Below, piece after piece: positions 17,401 through 27,006 of a stretch of DNA of 64,000 nucleotides (the stretch's first letter is position 1; each line of letters opens with the position of its first letter). Under the pieces are notes generated by a model. That model ran no database searches, was not told where the DNA came from, and worked only from the letters and a program-made list of their open reading frames with translations. A program made the translations under genes and the position numbers. The DNA lies in contig JAZSOG010000036.1 of the NCBI GenBank assembly GCA_045536845.1, forward strand, positions 6,899 through 70,898, given 5' to 3'. This stretch comes from Kiritimatiellia bacterium. GTDB taxonomy: Bacteria > Verrucomicrobiota > Kiritimatiellia > RFP12 > UBA1067.

Positions 17401-19071
17401 ATGAAAAAGATGATGACTATTGCATTCGCGCTGGCTGCATTTGCCGTGCTTGCAATGCCTACCAAGGAGGATATGGCGGAGGCGCAGTCTATCGTGAATG
17501 AGTTGATGAAGGATCATGTCGACGCGAACAAGAAAGGGAAAGAGTCCAATGTTGCGGTTGGCGATGCTGCAATGGCGCTTGCCAAAGACGCGCAGGGCGA
17601 GGCGGCTAAGTTACTTCTTCTCAAGGGCGCGGTTACGTATTATGCTCGCGGCAAGGAGTATGAAAAGGCGGCGGGGGTTGTAGAGGCTATCATGTCCGAG
17701 ATCGAAGGTGTGACGCCGACAGAGCTTGACGGCATAGTTAAGAAAGCGACCACAGGCGTCCCCGAGAAAAAGGCGCCGAGACTTTTTGCCATCAAAAAGG
17801 CGGTTGCAAGTCGGGTAAGGGCCGAGGCGGCGCTGCATGATCTTGACACCAAGCTGAAGGCCGCGCCTAATGACGTTGTTCTTAGGCGCAGGCGCGCGGA
17901 ACTCCTGGCTGTCAAAGGAGACTGGGAAAAGGCGCTCGAAGAGTTTGCCGCGCTTGGTGGCGCTGTCGGCAAGAAAGCCAAGGAGGAATTGGACGGCAAT
18001 GTGGCAGATGCTGCGGATTTCTGGTGGGATTATTCGCCCGCCGATCCTACTGCGGGGGATTCCATCAAGGAACACGCGGCAACGCTTTACCGACGTGCGC
18101 TCGCGAACGGCGAACTTGAAGGGCTTAAGAGAAATCTCGCTGAAAAGCGTGCCGCCGAATTCGAGCCCGTTCTATCTGCCAATGAGGAGTGCGATACGTT
18201 GGCAGCGCAGATGGCGGTGAAGGAGCGAAAGGAGAAGGGTCTGTACATGGTCGTCGATTTGTCGAAAATCGGTAAAAAGGCAATTACCTATCTTGACGGC
18301 GTGCCGAAGGGCGGATGGAGTGACGAGTTCAGGACAAAAAAGATTGCCTTGCGCAAGATTGCCCCCGGGTCGTTCGAGTATATGCCGGGCAAGTCCTTCA
18401 AAATAACCAAGCCGTTCTACATCGGCGTCTTCGAGATTACGCAGAAGCAGTACGAGATGGTGATGAAAGATAATCCGTCCGATTCCAAGGGCGATATGAG
18501 GCCTGTGGAAACAGTGAGCTACATCGACATTCGCGGGCCAAAGAAGGGGCTGGACTGGCCTAAGGACGGCGCGGTTGACAACAACTCGTACCTCGGCAAG
18601 CTTCGCCAGAAAGTCGGAATAGACTTCGACCTGCCGACCGAGGTTCAGTGGGAATACGCTTGTCGCGCAGGAACAAAAGGTGGTTTCAATGTTGATGGTG
18701 TCGAAATGGTCAAGCTAGGCAAATGCAGAGATAACGGTGGGGTGTCCGACAAACACGTGAAGGTTGGCAGTTTCATGCCAAATGCTTGGGGTCTTTATGA
18801 TATGCACGGCAACGTCTGGGAGAGATGCTTAGACCGAGGTGCAGACGAGCCTGATGGCAGATTCGTGTTTTTTGGCTGGGACTCCGAGCCTAAAGAGACA
18901 GATACGGACCCGAGGGGGATGGCCACAGGGTCGTCGCGTGTTGTTCGAGGCGGGGGTTTGTGTCAACCGCCCAGCCTGTGCAGATCTTCCGCTCGTTGTC
19001 GTGTCGGTGTCGGCGACCGTGGTACCGACGTTGGCTTCCGCCTTGTTTGCCCAGCAGAAACTGCGAAGTGA
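17401..19071 (+). CDS. Exported protein: novel N-terminal helical module + C-terminal formylglycine-generating-enzyme (SUMF1/FGE-sulfatase) domain
   Basis: It has a signal peptide (MKKMMTIAFALAAFAVLA). FGE-domain motifs are FYIGVFEITQKQY, WEYACRAGT, HGNVWE, RVVRGGG and GFRLV. Confidence 0.8.
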   Translation: MKKMMTIAFALAAFAVLAMPTKEDMAEAQSIVNELMKDHVDANKKGKESNVAVGDAAMALAKDAQGEAAKLLLLKGAVTYYARGKEYEKAAGVVEAIMSEIEGVTPTELDGIVKKATTGVPEKKAPRLFAIKKAVASRVRAEAALHDLDTKLKAAPNDVVLRRRRAELLAVKGDWEKALEEFAALGGAVGKKAKEELDGNVADAADFWWDYSPADPTAGDSIKEHAATLYRRALANGELEGLKRNLAEKRAAEFEPVLSANEECDTLAAQMAVKERKEKGLYMVVDLSKIGKKAITYLDGVPKGGWSDEFRTKKIALRKIAPGSFEYMPGKSFKITKPFYIGVFEITQKQYEMVMKDNPSDSKGDMRPVETVSYIDIRGPKKGLDWPKDGAVDNNSYLGKLRQKVGIDFDLPTEVQWEYACRAGTKGGFNVDGVEMVKLGKCRDNGGVSDKHVKVGSFMPNAWGLYDMHGNVWERCLDRGADEPDGRFVFFGWDSEPKETDTDPRGMATGSSRVVRGGGLCQPPSLCRSSARCRVGVGDRGTDVGFRLVCPAETAK

Positions 19072-19230
19072 GGTGCGAGCGGTAAGAGTGCCGCGAATCA
19101 CCATTGGTCTCTTCAAGTTGACGGTCGGTTGCCGTGGAGCGGCGGCATCGGTACTTGCCTCGCTTGCACGCCATCTCGCCTGCACCATCGAGGACCTTAT
19201 GGAATGAGACAATGGAAGGCCAGCTGAAAA

Positions 19231-19306
19231 AATTTTGATTTCCTGCGGGAGATTTGTCTGCGCTGTGCGTATAGTGCTTGTGAACGCAACAAGCGTTCGC
19301 AAGAAA
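19231..19306 (+). promoter_or_regulatory. Copy 2 of the duplicated promoter/operator-hairpin element
   Basis: It aligns to 16211-16287 with only a few mismatches. It has CGTATAGTG (19268-19276) and the inverted repeat CTTGTGAACG-caacaag-CGTTCGCAAG (19277-19303). A second partial 3' arm, CGTCACAAGGAG, overlaps the ribosome-binding site of ATG 19333. Confidence 0.75.
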
Positions 19307-19332
19307 CAAACAACGTCACAAGGAGACAAACC

Positions 19333-20796
19333 ATGAAGACAAAGTTGATGATGATAGGTGCGCTGGCAACAGTCTGTGCAGCTCATGAGCTGGCGGCGAT
19401 GCCGACAGCGGAAGAGACGAAGCGGGCGGAGCCAGTCGTTCAAAAGCTGCTGGCATCCGAGCGGGCGGCGCTCAAGTCCGGCAAGAAGTCGCGTTCCGAG
19501 GTCGCGGTCGCGGCGTTGAAGCGTGCTGCCGACGCCAAGACCGAGGCGGAGAAACTGCTCCTGATGAAGGGTGCGTTTGCCCTTTATGTGCAGGACGGCA
19601 ATCTTGAAAAAGCCGCAGAGACGATGAATGCGATCAAGAAGGCGATTCCTGACCTTCCACAGGAAAGCGTCAAGAACATGATAGAGATGGCGCTCATCGG
19701 AGTCCCCAAGAAGGAGGATGGCTCACTTCTTTACAAGCTCCTCGACGAAGCGAAGGCTGGAACGCAGAATCGCTCTGAAATCTCAGAGGGGAAGACGTCC
19801 TTTGGCGGATACACATGGTCGTATCGAGTGGACGATGGTGGGGCTGCGATTGTCGCAGAGAAAGACGGGAAGTTTTCCTGTGCCGTTTCGCCAGCGCCGA
19901 CAAGGGATCTCAAGATTCCCGCGGCATTGGGTGGCGTAAAGGTGACGCGCATTGGGCGGGATGCGTTTAGAAATTGCAAGGAACTGACGTCGGTGACGAT
20001 TCCGGAGGGTGTGACTCATCTTGAATGGCATGCTTTTGATGCTTGCTCTGGCCTTGAGTCGGTATCGCTCCCCTCGAGCCTGAGGAGCATCAGTTTTGCT
20101 GCCTTTGGCGGGTGCTCGGCGCTGAAGTCGGTGACAATCCCGAATGGCGTCAAGAGTATAGGACCTGATGCTTTTAATGGGTGCCGCGCAATCAAGTCGG
20201 TCGTGATACCTGAGAGCGTGACGCGCATTGGCGATCGTGCGTTTTGCGGCTGCCGAGAACTCGAGTCGGTGGCGATTCCAGCCGGGGTGGCAAGCATAGG
20301 CAAGGGAGTGTTCGGCGGCTGCAACGCATTGAAGCTAATCAATGTCGATTCCGGGAATCAGGCGTATATTGTGGTTGACGGTGTTCTTTACACGAAGGAT
20401 CGGTCCGAATTGGTGATGTACCCCAATCCTCCGGCGACTGTGGTAATACCGGAGGACGTGACGAGCATCAGGGCATGGGCGTTCACGGGGGGCCGCGGGA
20501 TGACTTCGGTGACGATCCCGGAGAGTGTGACGAACATTGGGGAAATTGCGTTTATCGGGTGTGATGGACTTAAGTCGATAACGATTCCGTCGCGTGTAAA
20601 GAGCATGGGTGAGCATGTGTTTGAGCGGTGCAGCGAGCTGACCGAGGTGAAGATGCTTGGCGAGCGCCCTGAAGCGCCTGAAAACTTGTTCCCGGGCTGC
20701 GGCAAGCTCAAGGCAATCCACGTCCCGGCGAATGCGAAGAGCTGGGCGGGAATGAAGGACTGGTTCGGAATCCCGCTGGTCTTTGACGCGAAATAG
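19333..20796 (+). CDS. Exported protein: the same N-terminal module + BspA-type leucine-rich repeats
   Basis: It has a signal peptide. Residues ~20-130 align with the N-terminus of the 17401 protein (AMPT..E, KLLL.KGA, EKAA, GVP.KK). These are followed by about 12 repeats of C..L.SVTIP..V..IG..AF..C. Confidence 0.8.
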   Translation: MKTKLMMIGALATVCAAHELAAMPTAEETKRAEPVVQKLLASERAALKSGKKSRSEVAVAALKRAADAKTEAEKLLLMKGAFALYVQDGNLEKAAETMNAIKKAIPDLPQESVKNMIEMALIGVPKKEDGSLLYKLLDEAKAGTQNRSEISEGKTSFGGYTWSYRVDDGGAAIVAEKDGKFSCAVSPAPTRDLKIPAALGGVKVTRIGRDAFRNCKELTSVTIPEGVTHLEWHAFDACSGLESVSLPSSLRSISFAAFGGCSALKSVTIPNGVKSIGPDAFNGCRAIKSVVIPESVTRIGDRAFCGCRELESVAIPAGVASIGKGVFGGCNALKLINVDSGNQAYIVVDGVLYTKDRSELVMYPNPPATVVIPEDVTSIRAWAFTGGRGMTSVTIPESVTNIGEIAFIGCDGLKSITIPSRVKSMGEHVFERCSELTEVKMLGERPEAPENLFPGCGKLKAIHVPANAKSWAGMKDWFGIPLVFDAK

Positions 20797-20836
20797 CGGC
20801 GAATCGTCCGCAGTTGCGGAACAAGGCCAAAACCTG

Positions 20837-20870
20837 AAACCGCCGCGCCCGTTGTGGGCGCGGCGGTTTT
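20837..20870. terminator. Bidirectional Rho-independent terminator between convergent LRR gene and nadA
   Basis: A 14-bp perfect stem AAACCGCCGCGCCC-gttgt-GGGCGCGGCGGTTT is flanked by A-run/T-run. Confidence 0.85.
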
Positions 20871-20930
20871 AGGTACCTTGTGTGCAGAAATGCGAAAGGC
20901 GATAGGAAGCGGGAGGACTTGCGTGGAAGA

Positions 20931-21827
20931 CTACGCAATTGCGAGCATCGCCTCGATCGCCCGGCGGGCGCGGGTTGCGATGTCTTCCGGCACCGTGACG
21001 CGCGTTTTCATCTCGCGCAGGGCTTCTGCGAGGTTTTCGAGCGTCGTCTTTTTCATGTTCGGGCAGACGAGCCGGTCGTTTACTGGATAGAAAGTCTTCT
21101 CGGGGTTTTCGGCCCTAAGACGGTGGAGGATGCCGACTTCAGTGCCAACGACGATTTCCTTCGCGGAGGATTCGCGGGCGAACTTGCACATGCCGCCAGT
21201 GGAGAGCCTTTCGTCCGCCGCGTCGCGCACGTCGCGTGCACATTCAGGGTGGACCATCACAGGGGCGCCTGGATGCGCGGCCTTTGCGTCGGCTATCGAC
21301 TTCGCCGTAAGCGCGGCGTGAGTTGGGCAGTAGCCGGGCCAGAGGATGTACTTTCTCCCGAGAAGCCCCATTATGTGCGAGCCGAGATGCTGATCGGGGA
21401 CGAAGATTATCTCATCGTCCGGTGCGAAGGTCGCCATTACCCGCTCGGCGTTGCCCGAGGTGACGCAGATGTCGCACTCGGCCTTGACCTCGGCTGTCGA
21501 GTTCACATAGCAGACGGCTTTTGCGCCAGGATGCTTCGCCTTGAGCTCACGAAGTTGCGCTCCTGTTATCATGTCTGCCATGGGGCAGCCGGCCGTCGGG
21601 TCGGGAATTAGGACGGTCTTCTCTGGATTCAGTATTGCCGCGGTCTCGGCCATGAAGTAGACTCCGCAGAAAACTATCACATCGGCGTCGACCTGCGTCG
21701 CCCTGCGCGCGAGCTCGAGCGAGTCGCCAGTGAAGTCTGCGGCGTCCTGTACTTCTGCGCGGCAGTAGTTGTGCGCGAGTATTACCGCGTTGCGGCTTTT
21801 CTTGAGGCTTTCTATCTCTTCGTTCAT
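20931..21827 (-). CDS. nadA: Quinolinate synthase A
   Basis: NadA motifs are ILAHNY, FCGVYFMAET, YVNSTAEVKA and the VGTE region, with typical ~300-aa length. Confidence 0.95.
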   Translation of the reverse strand: MNEEIESLKKSRNAVILAHNYCRAEVQDAADFTGDSLELARRATQVDADVIVFCGVYFMAETAAILNPEKTVLIPDPTAGCPMADMITGAQLRELKAKHPGAKAVCYVNSTAEVKAECDICVTSGNAERVMATFAPDDEIIFVPDQHLGSHIMGLLGRKYILWPGYCPTHAALTAKSIADAKAAHPGAPVMVHPECARDVRDAADERLSTGGMCKFARESSAKEIVVGTEVGILHRLRAENPEKTFYPVNDRLVCPNMKKTTLENLAEALREMKTRVTVPEDIATRARRAIEAMLAIA

Positions 21828-21836
21828 TGAACTAAT

Positions 21837-21845
21837 ATTATACCA
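21837..21845 (-). promoter_or_regulatory. Extended -10 TGGTATAAT for nadA, overlapping the rluD stop codon; 9 nt from the nadA ATG
   Basis: The plus strand reads attatacca at 21837-21845. The nadA start codon ends at 21827. Confidence 0.65.
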
Positions 21846-22740
21846 AAATTGCCTTCACATATGGCTTCATGTCATCGGGGATTGGCGCCTCGAAGGAAAG
21901 CTTTTCGCTCTTGGTCGGATGCCACAGCGTAAGTTTCCACGCGTGGAGCATCTGCCTCGTGGGCGGCGGTTCGAGGCGCTTGTCGAGAGCGGATTTCCCG
22001 TAGGTTCGATCTCCGACGACAGGACAGCCAAGAGAGGCCATGTGAACGCGAATCTGGTGCGTGCGCCCCGTTTCGATCCGACAGACGACTGTTGAAGTGT
22101 TTGCAGTCTTGCTTCCAGACGACGATGTGACCTGCCAGTTTGTTATGGCGACCTTGCCGTTCTTCTCGACGATTGCCATTCGCTTGCGGTCTACAGGGTG
22201 TCGCCCGATGAGGCTCTCGATTCTGCCTGCGTCGAGACGCGGGCGGCCATGGACTATTGCAAGATATGTCTTCTCGATGTTTGCGTGCGACGCGAACGCC
22301 TTGGTGAGTCCTTCCATCGCCTTTTGCGACTTCGCCACAACTATGAGCCCCGAAGTGTCCTGGTCGAGCCGGTGGACGATTCCAGGGCGCGCAACGCCGC
22401 CGATTCCGGCGAGAGCAGGGCAGTGGTGGAGAAGGGCATTTACGAGCGTTCCGGAGAAATGCCCTGGCGCAGGATGAACGACCATTCCTGGCGCTTTGTT
22501 GATGACGATCATGTCGTCGTCTTCGAAAACGACGTCGAGTGGAATGTCCTCTGGCTCGGGGATGGCAGGAACCGGCGGAGGAATTTCTACTTCGATCTCG
22601 TCGGAATCGGAGACTTTCATTCCCGCCTTGTTTGCGATTGCGCCGTTTACCGTTACATGCCCGGATTTGACAAGACCCTCTATTCGCGACCGAGAGAAGT
22701 CGGGAAAGAGTTCAAGTATTTTTTTGTCGAGGCGCTGCAT
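21838..22740 (-). CDS. rluD: 23S rRNA pseudouridine synthase, RluA/RluD family
   Basis: It has an S4-like N-terminus and the catalytic motif HRLDQDTSGL. TGRTHQIRVH is also present. Confidence 0.9.
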   Translation of the reverse strand: MQRLDKKILELFPDFSRSRIEGLVKSGHVTVNGAIANKAGMKVSDSDEIEVEIPPPVPAIPEPEDIPLDVVFEDDDMIVINKAPGMVVHPAPGHFSGTLVNALLHHCPALAGIGGVARPGIVHRLDQDTSGLIVVAKSQKAMEGLTKAFASHANIEKTYLAIVHGRPRLDAGRIESLIGRHPVDRKRMAIVEKNGKVAITNWQVTSSSGSKTANTSTVVCRIETGRTHQIRVHMASLGCPVVGDRTYGKSALDKRLEPPPTRQMLHAWKLTLWHPTKSEKLSFEAPIPDDMKPYVKAILV

Positions 22741-22747
22741 GGACGAT

Positions 22748-22756
22748 AGTATATCA
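22748..22756 (-). promoter_or_regulatory. Extended -10 TGATATACT for rluD, 7 nt from the ATG
   Basis: The plus strand reads agtatatca. The rluD start codon ends at 22740. Confidence 0.55.
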
Positions 22757-22765
22757 TATTAGAAG

Positions 22766-23177
22766 GGCGGTGGCCGAAGGCTCATGGAACCTCGGCGAAT
22801 ACGCCGTATCCATTCGCTCGGACCTTCGCTCCACCGCCAACTTCGCCGCGCCGCCCGATGAATAAAGGGAGAAGGAACTCCGAGCGTTAGGGCTCCCGCT
22901 ACCGCTCCGCAGCTTCACGATGTCCCAACGGCAATTCAGTGCGTCGAATTGTCTTCTTGAGCTGCCTTCGGCAGGGTTGGAAGACATAACAACCAATCCC
23001 TGCGCGCCAGAGGAGGTCTGGAGGAGACCTCCTCCAGCTCAAAGCCGACATGCGTTGCTCAGCGAGACGCGAATGAAGGGTGCGACGCAAATGTAATTCT
23101 GCGGAGCGGTAGCGAGAGCCCTGCTGATCGGAGTTAAATTCGGCGGCGCGGCGAAGGCGAAGGCCACGGCGGCGGGC
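22766..23177. other. Large structured palindromic element (candidate ncRNA or MITE-like element) in the rluD/aroKB divergent spacer
   Basis: A 5' hairpin pairs GGCGGTGG (22766-73) with CCACCGCC (22831-38). Long arms 22841-22912 and 23099-23156 are reverse complements with one 13-nt bulge. Internal hairpins are GTCTTC..CTGCC-ttc-GGCAG..GAAGAC (22951-85) and GAGGAGGTCT-ggagg-AGACCTCCTC (23010-34). Confidence 0.6.
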
Positions 23178-23183
23178 AGAATA

Positions 23184-23192
23184 TGGTATAAT
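23184..23192 (+). promoter_or_regulatory. Extended -10 TGGTATAAT, 8 nt before the aroK/aroB ATG (leaderless-type)
   Basis: Read directly: ataTGGTATAATttcaactcATG. Confidence 0.7.
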
Positions 23193-23200
23193 TTCAACTC

Positions 23201-24705
<1,505 letters not shown>

Positions 24706-24706
<1 letters not shown>

Positions 24707-25806
24707 TGGCCACGATTCAACCCGGCAAACGTACCGGCTCAGTCACGATACCACGCTCAAAGTCGCACGAACATAGGCTTCTCGTCGCTGACTTCCTTGC
24801 CGGCGACTATTCCCGCCTTGCGCCCGCCGAGGGCGACAGCGAAGATATCATTGCCACAAAACGGTGCCTCGAGGCGCTGAAGGGCGATAGCCAGCTTGCC
24901 ATTCTCGATTGCGGTGAAAGCGGCTCTACGCGGCGCTTCCTCGCTCCTGTCGCCGCCGCGCTTGGCAAGTCGGTGACGTTCCTCACGCGCGGGCGTCTTT
25001 CGGAACGGCCGCAGCTCGACTACTCCGATCTCAAGAGCGGGCTCCACGAACTCGCCGGCGACATTTCGTCGCAGTTCGTTACCGGACTTCTCTTTGCACT
25101 TCCTCTTCTCGAGGGAGATTCGCAGATACGCTTCAAGACTCCGCTCGAGTCGCGCGGCTATGTCGACATGACTCTCCGCGTCCTTTCCGGCGCAGGTATC
25201 TACGTCGCTGTCAGGGACGACGGTTTTGATGTTCCGGGCGGGCAGAAATACATTCCCCAGCCCGACGCCAAGGTCGAGCTCGACTGGTCTGGCGCGGCGT
25301 TCTGGTACGCGATGAATTCAATGGGCAGCCTCGTCATGTTCGAGAAGCCCGACGCACATTCCTCGCAGCCCGACCGCGCCATAGTCGAGCTTGCGCCCAG
25401 GATCGCGTCGGCATGGAAGGGCGAGACTGTCGATGTCAGCGTCTCGGGGTGCCCAGACCTCTTTCCGGCCCTTGCCGTGCTCGCGGGCGCGTCCGCGGGC
25501 GTGACGCGCTTCTCTGGAACGCGCCGCCTGAAACTCAAGGAGTCGGACCGCGTGTCTGCGATGGCTGACGTCTTGAAGCGCTTTGGCGTCGATACAGAGG
25601 TGGGTGACGATTCGTTCCTCGTCAAAGGCGAGGGCGGCAAGTTCGACGGCGGCGAGTTCCATGCGTTCGACGACCATCGAATCGCCATGGCGATCGCTGT
25701 CGGCGCGACGATTGCGGACGGTCCTGTCGAGATCGACAACACCGAATGTGCCGCGAAGTCCTACCCTGGGTTCTTCGATGAGTTCGCCCGCCTGAGGAAC
25801 ATCTGA
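24706..25806 (+). CDS. aroA: 3-phosphoshikimate 1-carboxyvinyltransferase (compact EPSP synthase)
   Basis: Motifs are LDCGESGSTRRFL, DISSQFVTGLLFALPL, KESDR and DHRIAMA. At about 366 aa it is shorter than typical AroA. ATG 24706 overlaps the aroKB stop. Confidence 0.8.
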
Positions 25807-25815
25807 ATTTTTCTT

Positions 25816-25845
25816 AAATTTCACCCTTGCGCCGCGCGGTGAAAT
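25816..25845 (+). terminator. Hairpin after aroA (AATTTCACC-12 nt-GGTGAAATT), possible terminator
   Basis: A 9-bp perfect inverted repeat lies 10 nt after the aroA stop. Its 3' arm runs into an AT-rich tract. Confidence 0.4.
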
Positions 25846-25899
25846 TATGTATCATTCCACCACAACACCAAAGCTTGTACTAAGGGAGGCATACCTGAA

Positions 25900-27006
25900 T
25901 TGAGCAACGATTTTCTCGTCTTCGATCATGTAACGAAGCGGTTTGGCGCGTTGACGGCGGTCAACGATGTCTCTTTTTCGGTAAACAAGGGCGAGTTCTT
26001 CTCGCTGCTTGGGCCTTCGGGATGCGGCAAGACGACGCTCCTTAGGATGCTCGGCGGTTTCGAGAAGCCAGATTCAGGTCGCATCTTCCTTGAGGGCAAG
26101 GACATAACGGGCCTCGCCCCCAACGAGCGGCGCGTCCACACGGTGTTCCAGAACTACGCGCTCTTCCCCACGATGACGATCTGGGACAACATCGCGTTTT
26201 CCCTGCGGCTTGCAAAGCTCCCGAAGAAGGAAATCGAGGAGAAAGTCGACGCGATACTCGACATGATCCAGATGAGCGAGCACGCGTGGAAGTACCCGAA
26301 CCAGCTCTCAGGCGGCCAGAAGCAGCGCGTCGCGATAGCGCGCGCCCTCGTCGACCGTCCGAAGGTGCTGCTCCTTGACGAGCCGCTCGCCGCGCTCGAC
26401 CTGAAGCTTCGCCAGCACATGCTCCTTGAGCTCGACACGATCCACGATCAGGTCGGCATCACGTTCATGTACGTCACGCACGACCAGGGCGAGGCGATGT
26501 CGCTTTCCGACCGCATCGCGGTCATCAACCGCGGCACGATCGAACAGCTCGACGGTCCCGCGAAGATATACGAGGCGCCCGCGTCGCGTTTCGTCGCCTC
26601 GTTCATCGGCGACACCAACTTTTTCTCCGGCGAAATCGTCGCGACGGAAGGCGACTACTGCACGATCCGACCCGAGGGGTTCCCGGACATCCGCGCCTAC
26701 AACGACAAGCAGCTTAAGGTCGGCCAGAAGGTCGATCTCTCCGTACGCCCCGAGAAGATCCGCGTGACGCTCGCACCGCCTCCGCCAGAGAAGGGCGCGT
26801 CGATCAATGTCTATCCCTCCACCGTGCAGGACATTGTCTACCAGGGCGTATACACCAAGTATTGGATCAAGAGCTCCGACCTGCGCATCGCGGCCCTCAA
26901 GCCGCATTCGCGCTTCCTTCTCGACCAGGAGCCGATTACTTGGAACGACAAGGTCTTCGTCTGGTGGCATCCTGACGACGGTTACATGGTGGAAGCGCAG
27001 CAATGA
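25900..27006 (+). CDS. potA: Spermidine/putrescine ABC transporter ATP-binding protein
   Basis: It has Walker A GPSGCGKTT, the signature LSGGQKQR, Walker B LLLDEPL and a C-terminal TOBE-like domain. The TTG start is preceded by GGGAGG. Confidence 0.9.
   Translation: MSNDFLVFDHVTKRFGALTAVNDVSFSVNKGEFFSLLGPSGCGKTTLLRMLGGFEKPDSGRIFLEGKDITGLAPNERRVHTVFQNYALFPTMTIWDNIAFSLRLAKLPKKEIEEKVDAILDMIQMSEHAWKYPNQLSGGQKQRVAIARALVDRPKVLLLDEPLAALDLKLRQHMLLELDTIHDQVGITFMYVTHDQGEAMSLSDRIAVINRGTIEQLDGPAKIYEAPASRFVASFIGDTNFFSGEIVATEGDYCTIRPEGFPDIRAYNDKQLKVGQKVDLSVRPEKIRVTLAPPPPEKGASINVYPSTVQDIVYQGVYTKYWIKSSDLRIAALKPHSRFLLDQEPITWNDKVFVWWHPDDGYMVEAQQ

Noticed and set aside
18839-19207. ORF 18839..19207, and the 19072-19230 spacer as an extra gene after the FGE-domain protein.
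   Set aside because: The ORF is out of frame and overlaps the well-supported FGE domain C-terminus (RVVRGGG...GFRLV). It has no ribosome-binding site and no motifs.
22784-22861. A 25-codon Arg-rich ORF (MEPRRIRRIHSLGPSLHRQLRRAAR) inside the structured element.
   Set aside because: The ribosome-binding-site spacing is poor, the content is low-complexity, and it lies within predicted stems. It is more likely chance.
22766-23177. Whether the structured rluD/aroKB spacer element is RNase P RNA, tmRNA, a tRNA, 6S or SRP RNA, or a riboswitch.
   Set aside because: Some local resemblance to RNase P exists (GGAACUCCGAGC vs GGAAAGUCCGGGC; GAAGGGUGCG). However, the candidate P4 lacks the universal bulged U and is part of one continuous ~35-bp helix, which is incompatible with RNase P. 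The 73-nt 22766-22838 segment has a 7-8-bp closing stem but folds as a simple hairpin, with no D/T-loop motifs and no CCA context. There is no tmRNA tag or ends, no SRP GGAA/AGCA motif and no B12 or THI box. It is left as unclassified.
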